A DNA stretch of 64,000 nt from assembly GCA_038141035.1 (NCBI GenBank), contig JAYQHI010000045.1, forward strand, positions 14,618 through 78,617. Reading direction: 5' to 3'. Shown here one piece after another: positions 1-10,428 of the stretch. The position numbers and the translations under genes are program-made. The notes below the pieces were generated by a model. It did no database searches. It had not been told where the DNA came from and saw nothing but the letters and a program-made list of their open reading frames with translations. The stretch comes from Alteromonadaceae bacterium (GTDB taxonomy: Bacteria; Pseudomonadota; Gammaproteobacteria; Enterobacterales; Alteromonadaceae). Position 1 is the stretch's first letter. Each line of letters begins with the position of its first letter.

Positions 1-1361
1 GGCAACAGGGTTCATTGGGGTTAAGCCCCAATTTTGCCCTAAAGTATTCATGGCATCAGGTGGTGCGCCTACTGCGGCACCGGCAACATACACTTCTTGA
101 TCGGCCCAAACATCAACACCTGAACCATCACAACCAACGGCTAAATCTAAATATAAACCTACCGGCATATTATGACTTTGGGTAAGTTCAGTTACTTCAC
201 TTAGCTGGCGGTGTGCTTGCCATTGCAAGTAGGAAAAATAACCAACACGTGTTGCTTGCTCTTGTTGAAATGTTTGTACTGCCGCTGAGTTTGGATAATG
301 GTATTCACTCGGCCAATCGGTCCAGTTATAACAGTGTTCATCGAGGTTTCTAAAGTGCTCGAATAATGCTTCAAAGGTGGCTTGTTTAACTAAAGCATCT
401 CCTTGTTCGGCTTTAAAGTTTTTCAAAATCGGCTTTTAGGCTTTTATCCGCATTTTTAAAAATCTTTGTATAAAATCTCTAATACTTGATATTTCAGCGT
501 CGCTGTTGCGGTGTAATCGATAAAGTCACTGTTACGCGTTTGCTCAAGTTTTGCCTTAAATGCTTTGCTGTTTACTCGGCGCTGCGCCATTTTTGAACTT
601 GAATAATTATCTATTTTGGTTACATCAATATATAGCGTATTTAAAAAACAGCGACTCATTGGTGAATAAGGACTACATTGCTCAGGATTGTTTTGATACA
701 AAGGGTGCAATGGGTTTAAGCCAACAGCAGAAATGCCTTGTGGTGCGGTAGTGTTAATCAGTGTTTGTAAATCGCTAAAATCGCCAGTGCCCCAGTTATT
801 TTCACTTTTTAGTGAATATAACTGCGCAGCATAACCCCACATTTTAAAATTGGCGGCTTCACTTGGATGATAACAAGTTTTAGGCGCGTAAATTAATGGG
901 CAGCTCGCCGATATTTCACCATGATTGATCACTAATGTATGGTAGCCCATGGCTAAATTAGGCAATAGTAAATTGAATTTATTGTATTGAGCATCGTCAA
1001 ATTTTTTATACTCAACATGCTCTAAACTATGAATTGGCACACAGGCATTGAGCTCATCACCTTCTTCGGTGATAATTTTCCAACTAATGTTATCAGCAAC
1101 ATCTGACCTAATACTTAAGGTGAGTTTATGTTGATGCTCTTCAAGCTTAGCAATGTGTACCGTCGGGAGCATATTACGCCAGTGACTTTCATTCAGCGCT
1201 GTAATGCTTTGTTGTAGCTTATGCTGATCGTCCAGTTCATAGCCCATGGCGGTTAATAGAGATTGGTACGCTTCTTCTTTAGCATGCACTAAGTTGCCAA
1301 AAGAATCGTAATAACTTGGATAAAAACCAACCGCGTGTGCTAATTCATGTACTAAATTCAT
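1..1361 (-). pseudogene. malQ: 4-alpha-glucanotransferase (amylomaltase) MalQ; its 3' end runs off the window; the reading frame is broken twice
   Basis: ORF 456..1361 is the MalQ N-terminal half (GISAVGLNPLHP, SPYSPMSRCFLN). Minus-strand translation of 1..455 continues in two other frames (FEALFEHF ... MPVGLYLDLAVG ... VGAPPDAMNTLGQNWGLTPMNP, GH77 core motifs). The frame changes fall at 5-nt homopolymers near 419-423 and 458-462. Confidence 0.85.
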
Positions 1362-3495
1362 ATTCCTTTGCCTTCCTCTGCGCCAATATCACTATGGCTA
1401 TAACTTAAAACAACACAGCTATGAGCGCTTAATATATAACAATTGCTTTTAAGTTGAGTGTAATGATCCGTTGTTTCGGTAAATTCGGCCGTGTTAATTA
1501 ACACTTGCCAGCTCCCTGGTAATTCGGGTAATTGATAATTAATGGTTGAACCATGGGCATTAAAAATAACCAATAGCGCATCATCATCATGTTCATGTAA
1601 TGTTTCAGTTGGTTTATCATACTCAGTATCGGCCAGTAACATAGCAAAACATTTTAACCCGCTGTTATGCCAGTCTTTTTGACGCATTAATATGCCTTTA
1701 CAGTTCAGCCAACTAATATCAGGTAAACCTGTTTGGCTGACGTTGTTAAGCCGTGTTGATAATGCATACGGTTTAACAAAGGATGCGCTTTTCTTAACTT
1801 TATTAAGTGCTTAACAAAAGGTAATAAATCGTTCTCACTGCGGCTGTGCCAATCAAGCCAAGAAATATCGTTATCTTGACAATAGGCATTGTTATTACCT
1901 CGTTGTGAATTGTTAAATTCATCACCGGCAAGTAATAATGGCGTACCTTGCGCTAAAAATAAGGTCGCTAATAAATTACGTTTTTGTTGTAAACGTAACT
2001 GATTAATAACGATATTATCTGTTTCACCTTCAAAACCAAAATTACAACTAAAGTTGCTGCCGTGGCCATCGGCATTGTTCTCGCCATTCGCTTCGTTATG
2101 GCGTTCTTCATACGTCACTAAATCATGTAACGTGTAACCATCATGTGTGGTGATTAAGTTAACGCTGGCGCTAGGGCGACGACTAGGTTTGGCAAAAATA
2201 TCGGCAGAGCCATGAAGTCGGCGCGCAAACTCAGGCACTAAGCCTTCATCACCACGCCAAAAACGGCGGCAAGTATCACGAAAACGGTCATTCCACTCTA
2301 ACCAACTATTTGGAAAACGGCCTAATTGATAACCACCATCACCAATATCCCAAGGCTCAGCAATTAGTTTAACGCGCGATAGAATAGGATCTTGACGAAG
2401 TGCACTAAAGAAATGATTTTTATCATTAAAGTGCGGATTTTCACGGCCAAGGATCGGCGCTAAGTCAAATCTAAACCCGTCTACACCCATAATTTCAACC
2501 CAGTATCTCAGGCTGTCCATTACCATTTGTAAAACACGAGGATGAGAAATATCTAAGGTATTGCCACAACCCGAATAATTAACATAAAAACGTTTATCTT
2601 CAGGTTGTAAACGGTAATAACTGGCGTTATCTATGCCACGAAAACTTAAAGTTGGCCCTAGTTCGTTACCTTCAGCTGTGTGGTTGTATACAACGTCTAA
2701 AATAACTTCAATACCCATACTGTGATAGGTTTCAACCAACTTTTTAAAATCAGTAATATCATCTTGATGACAATATTTGGCATTTGGAATAAAAAAGCCA
2801 ATTGAGTTATAACCCCAATAATTACTTAGGTTTTTATTGGTTAAAAAAGGTTCATCAAAAAAGGTATGCACAGGTAATAATTCAACACTGGTGATCCCTA
2901 GTTCGATTAAATATTTACAAACACTTTCATGTGCTAATCCTGAAAAAGTACCACGGATATTTTCAGGTACATCGGGATGGTTTTGAGTAAACCCTTTCGG
3001 ATGCATTTCATAAAACATGGTATGGCGACGGCGCACTTGTGGATGGGTGATACATTCATCCAGCTCGTTAATGGCAATACATTTAGGCATGTATTTGGCG
3101 TTGTCACGAATATCAAAAGTTAAATCTTGTTGTGTGCTTTCTAAGTCATAACTGTAGTGAGTTTCTGACTGAATAAATTCACCAAATAATTTTTTAGCGT
3201 ACGGATCCATTAATAATTTATTGGGGTTAAAACGATGGCCATTATGTGGTTCATAAGGACCATAAACGCGATAACCGTATAAGGTACCGGCAGGTAAATC
3301 AGCAATATGACCATGCCAGACATCATCAGTAAATTCAGGTAAAGAAACCCGTTTTATTTCTTTTGTGCCGGTATTATCAAAAAAGCAAACTTCCACTTTA
3401 GTAGCATTGGTTGAAAAAAGCGCAAAATTAATACCGTCAGGTAAAACGGTAGCGCCTAACGGGTATGAGCGACCAGAGGTGACTTGATATGCCAT
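1358..3495 (-). pseudogene. glgX: glycogen debranching enzyme GlgX (GH13), one frameshift
   Basis: ORF 1705..3495 (SYPLGATVLPDGINFALFS, GFRFDLA, AEPWD, TTHDGYTL) plus ORF 1358..1687 (C-terminal beta-domain). The downstream frame is open back to about 1729 (GLPDISWLNCKGILMRQKDW), so the two join by a 1-nt shift near 1728-1731. The stop overlaps the malQ start. Confidence 0.88.
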
Positions 3496-3505
3496 GATTA
3501 ATTCC

Positions 3506-5695
3506 TTAATCAGCTAAAGTAAAAATAACGGTACTTAATGGCGGTACGGTTATTTCTATACTTGCTGGTTGGTTTTGCCAAGGTGTTGCTTGGCTGATTA
3601 TGCCAGCTGCATTACCTTGGTTACTGCCGCCGTAAATGTCAGCGTCAGTATTTAATAGTTCGATATATTGGCCATCACTTGGTACGCCAATACGGAAGTT
3701 GCGATGTACTTGTGGTGTGAAATTACATACCACGATAGCGGGTTTTTCACCCTCAGCACCAAAACGAATAAATGAATAAACCGATTGTTCGGCATTATCA
3801 TGATCTAACCAAGTAAAGCCGCTTGGATGGCAGTCATTACGATAAAGTGCTGGAAAATCTTGATAAACTTTATTTAAATCTTTAACTAATTGCTGCACGC
3901 CACTATGAAAAGGGATGTCGAGCTGAAACCAGTCAAGGGATTGTTCGTGATTCCATTCGCAGCCTTGGGCAAATTCACAGCCCATAAAGAGTAATTTTTT
4001 ACCTGGATGCGCCCACATAAAGCCATAATAAGCACGTAAGTTAGCAAATTTTTGCCAAGCATCGCCCGGCATTCTGGCGAGAATAGAGCCTTTGCCATGA
4101 ACAACTTCGTCGTGACTGAGCGGTAAGATAAAGTTTTCATCAAAAGCATAAACTAAGCTGAAGCTTAATTCGTTGTGATGATATTTACGATGAATAGGAT
4201 CGTGCGCCATGTATTCTAATGAATCATTCATCCAGCCCATATTCCATTTGTAACCAAAGCCTAAACCGCCGTATTCAGTTGGTTTAGAAACTCCGGGCCA
4301 AGAGGTTGACTCTTCTGCCACGGAAAAACAGCCTGGAAATTGACTATATAACTCTTCGTTAAAGCGTTTTAAAAAGGCAACGGCTTCAAGGTTTTCTCGG
4401 CCGCCGTGTTGGTTCGGGATCCATTCGCCATGCTCGCGACTGTAATCTAGATAAAGCATAGAAGCGACGGCATCAACACGAATGCCATCAACATGGAATC
4501 GCTCTAACCAATGCATAGCACTGGCACGTAAAAAGTTAGCCACTTCGTTACGGCCATAGTTATAAATTAAGGTATTCCAATCAGGATGGTAACCTTGACG
4601 CGGATCGGCATGCTCATATAAACAAGTCCCGTCGAATTGCGATAAACCATGCGTGTCTACTGGAAAATGTCCAGGTACCCAATCAACTAAAACGCCAATA
4701 TTGGCTTTGTGACATTCATTGACAAAATATTGAAAGTCTTCCGCGCTACCAAAACGTGCGGTGGTAGCAAATAAACCAACCGGCTGGTACCCCCAAGAAC
4801 CATCAAATGGAAACTCACTGACTGGCATAAGTTGAACATGGGTAAATCCCATGTCTAAGGTATAAGGAATAAGCTCATCGGCAATTTCGCGATAATTCAT
4901 GAATTCATTATTACTATCACGTTTCCATGATCCTAAATGTACTTCATAAATCGAGATAGCGGCATCACGGGCGTTACGTTTTTCTCGCATGGCGAGCCAT
5001 TGGTCGTCTTGCCATTGATACGGTTTATTAGCTGAAACAATTGAGGCGGTGTCAGGGCGGTATTGTGCCTGACTACCCATAGGATCAGCTTTTTGTGGTA
5101 ATAAAGCACCATGGGTGTCGGCAAGTTCAAATTTATATAAGTCACCTTCAACAAGGTTTGGGACAAAAAGGTTCCAGTAACCTGAAAAATTCACATTTTG
5201 CATTGGGTTACGACGCCCGTCCCAATTGTTAAAATGACCAATAACTGAAACCCTAGAAGCGTTTGGTGCCCATACCGAAAAGGCCACACCTGAGGTGCCA
5301 TTTTGTTCAGTTAAGTGTGCGCCAAGCACTTTATAAGGATGTAAGTGATTACCTTCCGCAAGCAAGTGAATGTCGAGATCACCTAACGTAGTGGTGTAGG
5401 CATAACTATCCTCTAGTGTATAACTATGCTCGCCTTCGGTAATTTCTAAATAATAATCAAAAACGTTTTTACGACGTAATTTTGCGTGAAAAATCCCTTG
5501 CTCGTCTAGTCGACTTAGCACCGCAACAACTTTTTTATTCTTTTTATCAATAAGTTTTACCGAGTCTGCTTGTGGTTGACTGGTGCTAAACGTTAAAAAG
5601 CCGGTCTCACTATCTAGGTGTAACCCCAATACACTCAAAGGTTGATGAATATTGTTGGCAATCTTTGAGGTTATCGCTGCGGCGTTTTTGGTCAT
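3506..5695 (-). CDS. glgB: 1,4-alpha-glucan branching enzyme GlgB
   Basis: Long ORF with GH13 branching-enzyme motifs (HVDGIRVDAVASMLY, AEESTSWPGVS, LPLSHDEVVHGK). The track ORF begins at a TTG (5740) inside glgP. The ATG at 5695 is preceded by GGAG and lies just after the glgP stop (5714-5716), so I prefer it. Confidence 0.93.
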   Translation of the reverse strand: MTKNAAAITSKIANNIHQPLSVLGLHLDSETGFLTFSTSQPQADSVKLIDKKNKKVVAVLSRLDEQGIFHAKLRRKNVFDYYLEITEGEHSYTLEDSYAYTTTLGDLDIHLLAEGNHLHPYKVLGAHLTEQNGTSGVAFSVWAPNASRVSVIGHFNNWDGRRNPMQNVNFSGYWNLFVPNLVEGDLYKFELADTHGALLPQKADPMGSQAQYRPDTASIVSANKPYQWQDDQWLAMREKRNARDAAISIYEVHLGSWKRDSNNEFMNYREIADELIPYTLDMGFTHVQLMPVSEFPFDGSWGYQPVGLFATTARFGSAEDFQYFVNECHKANIGVLVDWVPGHFPVDTHGLSQFDGTCLYEHADPRQGYHPDWNTLIYNYGRNEVANFLRASAMHWLERFHVDGIRVDAVASMLYLDYSREHGEWIPNQHGGRENLEAVAFLKRFNEELYSQFPGCFSVAEESTSWPGVSKPTEYGGLGFGYKWNMGWMNDSLEYMAHDPIHRKYHHNELSFSLVYAFDENFILPLSHDEVVHGKGSILARMPGDAWQKFANLRAYYGFMWAHPGKKLLFMGCEFAQGCEWNHEQSLDWFQLDIPFHSGVQQLVKDLNKVYQDFPALYRNDCHPSGFTWLDHDNAEQSVYSFIRFGAEGEKPAIVVCNFTPQVHRNFRIGVPSDGQYIELLNTDADIYGGSNQGNAAGIISQATPWQNQPASIEITVPPLSTVIFTLAD

Positions 5696-5713
5696 TAATT
5701 CACTACTCCGTGT

Positions 5714-8172
5714 TATTTGGAACTTGGCGTTAAATGCCAAATATTTTTAACATAATCTTCAATTGAGCGATCTGAGTTAAATTTACCCATCATCGCGGTA
5801 TTCATTATTGCCATACGAGCCCAGCGTTTTGAGTCGCGGTAGGCAAAATCGAGTTTTTGTTGGGCATCACAATATGATTGATAGTCAGCTAAAACTAAAT
5901 ATGGGTCACCACCATCTAATAAACTGTGCTTGATAGCGGATAGCTCATAAGGGTGTCCTGGCGTGAAAAAGTCACTATCTAACCAGTCTAATATCGTTTT
6001 TAGCTCAGGGTTGGAAGTATAAAAAGCGAAAGGGTTATAGCCCTTAGTACGTATTTCTTTTACTTGCTCAACCGTATTACCAAAGATAAATATATTGTCG
6101 TTACCTACTCCTTCTGCTACTTCAATGTTTGCACCATCTCAGGTACCGATAGTTACGGCACCATTCAATGCTAATTTCATATTACCGGTACCAGACGCTT
6201 CTTTACCTGCCGTTGATATTTGCTCAGAAACATCAGCGGCGGGAATGATCTTTTCAGCTAGGCTAACGCGATAATTAGGTAAAAATACAACTTTTAACTT
6301 GTTTTGAATACGCTCATCGTTATTAATTTTTTCAGCCACTTTATTAATGGCATAAATAATCTCTTTTGCTAGGTAATATCCCGGTGCTGCTTTCGCGCCA
6401 AAGATAAAAACTCTAGGTTGCATTTCGAGTGATGGATTAGCTAATAACCTATGGTACAAGGCTAAAATATGCAAAAAGTTTAAATGCTGGCGCTTATATT
6501 CGTGTAAGCGTTTAATTTGTACATCAAAAATGGCATCAGCACTCACTTTTACACCGGTTAATTTTAAAATTTCTTCGGCTAAGCTTTCTTTATTTTTACG
6601 TTTTATCGCCATAAATTCTTGCTGAAACTTGTCATCGTCAGCTAAAGTTTTTAACGAAGTTAAACTGTCTAAATTTTTCGCCCAGTCGCCATCTACATAT
6701 TTTGATAATAGCTCAGCCAATAACGGGTTACATGATTTTAACCAACGACGTGGTGTAATACCGTTTGTTACATTGGTTAATTTATCAGGCCATAAAGCAT
6801 GAAACTCAGGAAACAGATCTTGTTTCACTAGTTTAGAATGAATTTCAGCCACACCGTTAACTTTATGTGAAGCAATAACACATAAATTTGCCATGCGTAC
6901 TTGTCGTTCTTGGCCTTCGGCAATGATTGAGAGCTTACCTCGCATGTGAAAATCATTTGGCCATTTTTCTTGAACTTCTTTATTTAAAAAATCTTCGTTA
7001 ATGTGATAAAGAATTTCTAAATGGCGTGGCAACACTTTTTCAAATAATTTAACCGACCATTTTTCTAATGCTTCTGGTAATAGCGTATGGTTAGTGTAAG
7101 AAAATATTTGACGACACATAGTCCACGCGTCATCCCAAGGCATCTCGTATTCATCCACTAAGGTACGCATTAATTCCAAAATAGCAATGGTAGGGTGGGT
7201 ATCATTTAATTGTATCGCCGTTTGTTTGGTAAATTCTTGCCAATTTATACCGTGTTTTTTTCTGATGGCGGGCAATAATATCTTTAATGGAACAAGCACA
7301 GAAAAAATACTGTTGAATAAAACGTAGTTCTTTCCCGGCATCATGCTCATCGTTAGGTAAAGTACTTTCGATACGGTTTCAGCTAATACGTTTGAGTTAT
7401 GCGAACGTAAATAGTCACCCATGTTAAATAGGTGCCAGTTAAATGCTTCGTCGGCTCTACTTTCCCATAAGCGTAATACGTTCACGGTATCGGTATTGTA
7501 GCCAACAATAGGAATATCCCAAGCAACACCTTTGATCTTAGTGCTGTGGTGCCAAATAGATTTTACCTTACCGTCAGCTTGTGTTTGGTGTTCAACGTGG
7601 CCATACAAAGGAATATGCTGCGAAGACTCTGGCCGACAAACTTCCCAAGGGTTGCCATATTCACGCCAAATATCGGGCATCTCTACTTGTCGGCAGTTGT
7701 CAAAACTTTGTTTGAATAAACCGTGTTGATAATGAATGCCGTAACCGGTTGCCGGGTAATCTAACGTTGCTAAGGAATCAAGAAAACAAGCGGCCAAACG
7801 GCCTAAACCACCATTGCCTAAGGCTAAATCAGCGCCTTGTTCACATAAATCAGTTAAGTCATAACCGAGCTCGGCAACAGCTTCTTTTGCTTGTTGGTAA
7901 ATATCTAAATTATGGAGATTGTTTGATAATAAACGTCCCATTAAGTATTCAAGCGATAAATAATTAACACTGCGTAAATCTTCGTTGCTTTGACGTGAAC
8001 GAGTGGCTTGTAATTTACTGACCACTAAATCATTTACGGCTAAACAGGTTGCCTGCCAATAGGCATCACGATTATCAGTATCTGATAATTCATTTTGGGT
8101 AAATTTTAAATGATGTTCAATGGCTGCTTTTAATTGAGCACTTGTTACTTGTGAATTTGTGTTACTAACCAT
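5714..8172 (-). pseudogene. glgP: glycogen/maltodextrin phosphorylase GlgP with an in-frame TGA and a compensated double frameshift
   Basis: ORF 6139..8172 ends ...EASGTGNMKLALNGAVTIGT*. The same frame continues DGANIEVAEGVGNDNIFIFG ... FNSDRSIEDYVKNIWHL to a TAA at 5714-5716. The TGA (6139-6141) replaces the conserved Leu of the TIGTLDGAN motif. Between about 7255 and 7355 the track translation ([34 protein letters not shown]) is off-frame. The alternative frame reads the conserved [32 protein letters not shown]. Confidence 0.88.
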
Positions 8173-8384
8173 AATGATAATCTTACTCGTTATGTTGCGA
8201 TACCTCGTTTAGAATACAGCAACGAAAGTTAAGTTTTTAAATTACAAAGTAATTCTTTGGTGTTTGCGACTACTACATAATAAATGCTAAGCATAGATCT
8301 TCCTACAAGATATAGACCACAAGTAAAAATAAAATAGAAATCTGATGATGAATTATGCCGATGTCTATTCTCCGAGCAACGTAT

Positions 8385-8398
8385 TACATACGTATGCA
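8385..8398. promoter_or_regulatory. candidate LacI-family operator, near-palindrome TACATACGTATGCA
   Basis: 14-mer with a central CG and one mismatch to perfect dyad symmetry. It lies in the divergent glgP / alpha-glucosidase intergenic region, 39 bp centre-to-centre from a perfect copy. Confidence 0.5.
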
Positions 8399-8423
8399 TG
8401 CTTGATTTGTTATTATTTCAGCA

Positions 8424-8437
8424 TGCATACGTATGCA
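8424..8437. promoter_or_regulatory. candidate LacI-family operator, perfect palindrome TGCATACGTATGCA
   Basis: Perfect 14-bp dyad with a central CG, the architecture typical of LacI/GalR-type sugar repressor sites. It lies about 110 bp upstream of the alpha-glucosidase start. Confidence 0.55.
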
Positions 8438-8547
8438 CTTGGTTGCACTAAATTTGTGAGATTCCTATGATTTAAGCACTATTATAGGTAGCAGGTTTTA
8501 CTTTGTTAAGTTAAGTCTAGGTTACAAAAAGAAAACTCGGGATTATT

Positions 8548-10170
8548 ATGAAACAAGAAGCATGGTGGCGTGGCGCAGTAATTTATCAAATTTACCCACG
8601 TAGTTATATGGATGCCAATAATGATGGCATCGGTGATCTACCCGGTATTATTGAAAAATTACCTTATATTAATAGCCTCGGCGTTGATGCTATTTGGATT
8701 TCGCCATTTTTTAAATCGCCGATGAATGATTTTGGTTATGATATTAGTGATTATCGTGAAGTGGATCCTATGTTTGGCACCATGGACGATTTTGATGAGT
8801 TAGTTAGCAAAGCTAAAACCTTTGATATCAAAATTGTCATAGATCAGGTGCTCAGCCACACTTCAGATCAACATGCTTGGTTCGAAGAAAGTCGCCAAAG
8901 CCGAGATAACCCTAAAGCCGATTGGTATGTTTGGGCGGATGCTAAACCTGATGGTAGCCCGCCAAATAATTGGTTGTCTATTTTTGGTGGTGTTGCTTGG
9001 CAATGGGAGCCGCGTCGTGGCCAATATTATTTACACAACTTTTTAACCTCGCAACCGGATCTCAATTTTCATAATGAAGATGTCAGAGATGCGGTTCTTG
9101 ATAATGTAGAATATTGGCTGAAAAAAGGAGTGGATGGTTTCCGCCTAGACGCGATTAATTTCTGTTTTCATGACAAGTTATTAAGAGATAACCCTGCTAA
9201 ACCGTTAGAGGCGAGAAAAGGCAGTGGTTTTAGCGAAGATAACCCTTATGCGTTTCAATATCATTATTACAATAATACTCAGCCTGAAAATATCGGCTTT
9301 ATGGAAGATATTCGAGCCTTGATGGATATATATCCTGATGTGGTGACTTTAGGTGAAATATCATCGGAAGATTCACTGCAAACTATGGCGGACTATACTT
9401 CGGGAAATAAGCGTTTGCATATGTCTTACAGTTTTGAATTATTAGGCAATGACGGTAGCCCAGCTTATATTCAAAAAACTGTTGAAGAATTAGAAGAAAA
9501 AATGACCGATGGTTGGCCATGTTGGGCGATTGGCAATCATGATGTTGCCCGAGTTATTTCCCGTTGGGGCAATGGTGGTGCTCCTGCCGAGCAAATGAAA
9601 ATGTTAAATGCCATGTTAATGTCGTTACGTGGCAGTGTTTGTAGTTATCAAGGTGAAGAGTTAGGTTTAATCGAAGCGGATATTGCTTTTGAAGATTTAC
9701 AAGATCCGTACGGCATTGCTTTTTGGCCTAACTTTAAAGGTCGTGATGGTTGTCGGACACCAATGCCTTGGCTGAAAAATGCCAGTCATGGTGGTTTTTC
9801 AAATGCAGATAAAACTTGGTTACCCGTTAGTGAAGAACATATTAGTGGCAGTGTTGATGTTCAATTAGCTCAACCAAACTCAGTATTACAAGCCTATTGT
9901 CAATTCATTACTTGGCGCAAAGAACAAGCTTGTTTGTTATATGGCGATATTGAATTTGTTGAAACTAATAATCCAAATACTTTGGCATTTATTCGTCGTT
10001 ATCAAGGACAAGCGATATTTGCATGTTTTAATTTTAGTGGCCAAAAGCAGGTTATTAACTTACCGCAAGCAACTGAGCTCACCTTGCTAGTAGGGCATGG
10101 GCTTGAAATGGCAACGGCTGGTGATAATGAACTGTTACCTTATCAAGTGAAGTATTTTACTATGGTTTAA
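8548..10170 (+). CDS. GH13 alpha-glucosidase / oligo-1,6-glucosidase-like
   Basis: 540-aa ORF: WWRGAVIYQIYPRSYMDANNDGIGDLPGI, GVDAIWISPFF, GVDGFRLDAINF, TLGEISSED, IGNHDVARV. These are the conserved GH13 regions I-IV. Confidence 0.92.
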   Translation: MKQEAWWRGAVIYQIYPRSYMDANNDGIGDLPGIIEKLPYINSLGVDAIWISPFFKSPMNDFGYDISDYREVDPMFGTMDDFDELVSKAKTFDIKIVIDQVLSHTSDQHAWFEESRQSRDNPKADWYVWADAKPDGSPPNNWLSIFGGVAWQWEPRRGQYYLHNFLTSQPDLNFHNEDVRDAVLDNVEYWLKKGVDGFRLDAINFCFHDKLLRDNPAKPLEARKGSGFSEDNPYAFQYHYYNNTQPENIGFMEDIRALMDIYPDVVTLGEISSEDSLQTMADYTSGNKRLHMSYSFELLGNDGSPAYIQKTVEELEEKMTDGWPCWAIGNHDVARVISRWGNGGAPAEQMKMLNAMLMSLRGSVCSYQGEELGLIEADIAFEDLQDPYGIAFWPNFKGRDGCRTPMPWLKNASHGGFSNADKTWLPVSEEHISGSVDVQLAQPNSVLQAYCQFITWRKEQACLLYGDIEFVETNNPNTLAFIRRYQGQAIFACFNFSGQKQVINLPQATELTLLVGHGLEMATAGDNELLPYQVKYFTMV

Positions 10171-10212
10171 TTGTTCATCGAAAGTTACTGATTAACCTGA
10201 GTTGAGGTTGAT

Positions 10213-10240
10213 AAAAAAGCTTCTTTTAGAAGCTTTTTTT
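10213..10240 (+). terminator. rho-independent terminator after the alpha-glucosidase gene
   Basis: AAAAGCTTCT-TTT-AGAAGCTTTT hairpin followed by a T-run. Confidence 0.7.
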
Positions 10241-10428
10241 ATGCTTGTACTTTTCAGCTTAACTTATATTTAGAGTAAAAAATCCACATAAACTTGTAAA
10301 GCGTAGATTCCTGTCTTATACCTTTAATAACTCAATTTAACTTAAACATTTTTTAAAAAAATGTCTTGTTTACATTAAGTTGTAATAAATATTACCTAAA
10401 AACATGATGATTAAAGGGAAATTAAGGG

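Noticed and set aside
560-751. Short ORFs from the track that lie antisense to, or out of frame within, well-supported genes. Examples: 560..751, 2934..3116, 3886..4149, 4933..5166, 7532..7729, 7749..7967, 12233..12418, 15449..15640, 16821..17009, 17126..17323, 18030..18269, 18493..18711, 18935..19147, 19279..19476, 19597..19791, 21561..21908, 21982..22164, 22666..22992, 23646..23876, 24564..24794, 25198..25455, 26008..26382, 28307..28561, 29143..29457, 29823..30065, 30415..30630, 34011..34274, 34296..34505, 35078..35314, 36116..36381, 38139..38393, 40820..41032, 42046..42273, 42409..42729, 43138..43365, 51829..52062, 52708..52917, 53260..53526, 57782..57973, 59026..59241.
   Set aside because: They are shadow ORFs of an AT-rich sequence. 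They have low-complexity or nonsense composition and no start context, and each is fully covered by a conserved gene on the other strand or in another frame.
6139-6141. The in-frame TGA in glgP as a selenocysteine, Trp-recoding or programmed read-through site.
   Set aside because: The codon replaces an invariant Leu, not a Cys/Sec position. No SECIS-like hairpin follows. Other genes in the window end with TGA used as an ordinary stop (for example the truncated tagB/F-like and ygiF fragments). A point substitution or sequencing error is simpler.
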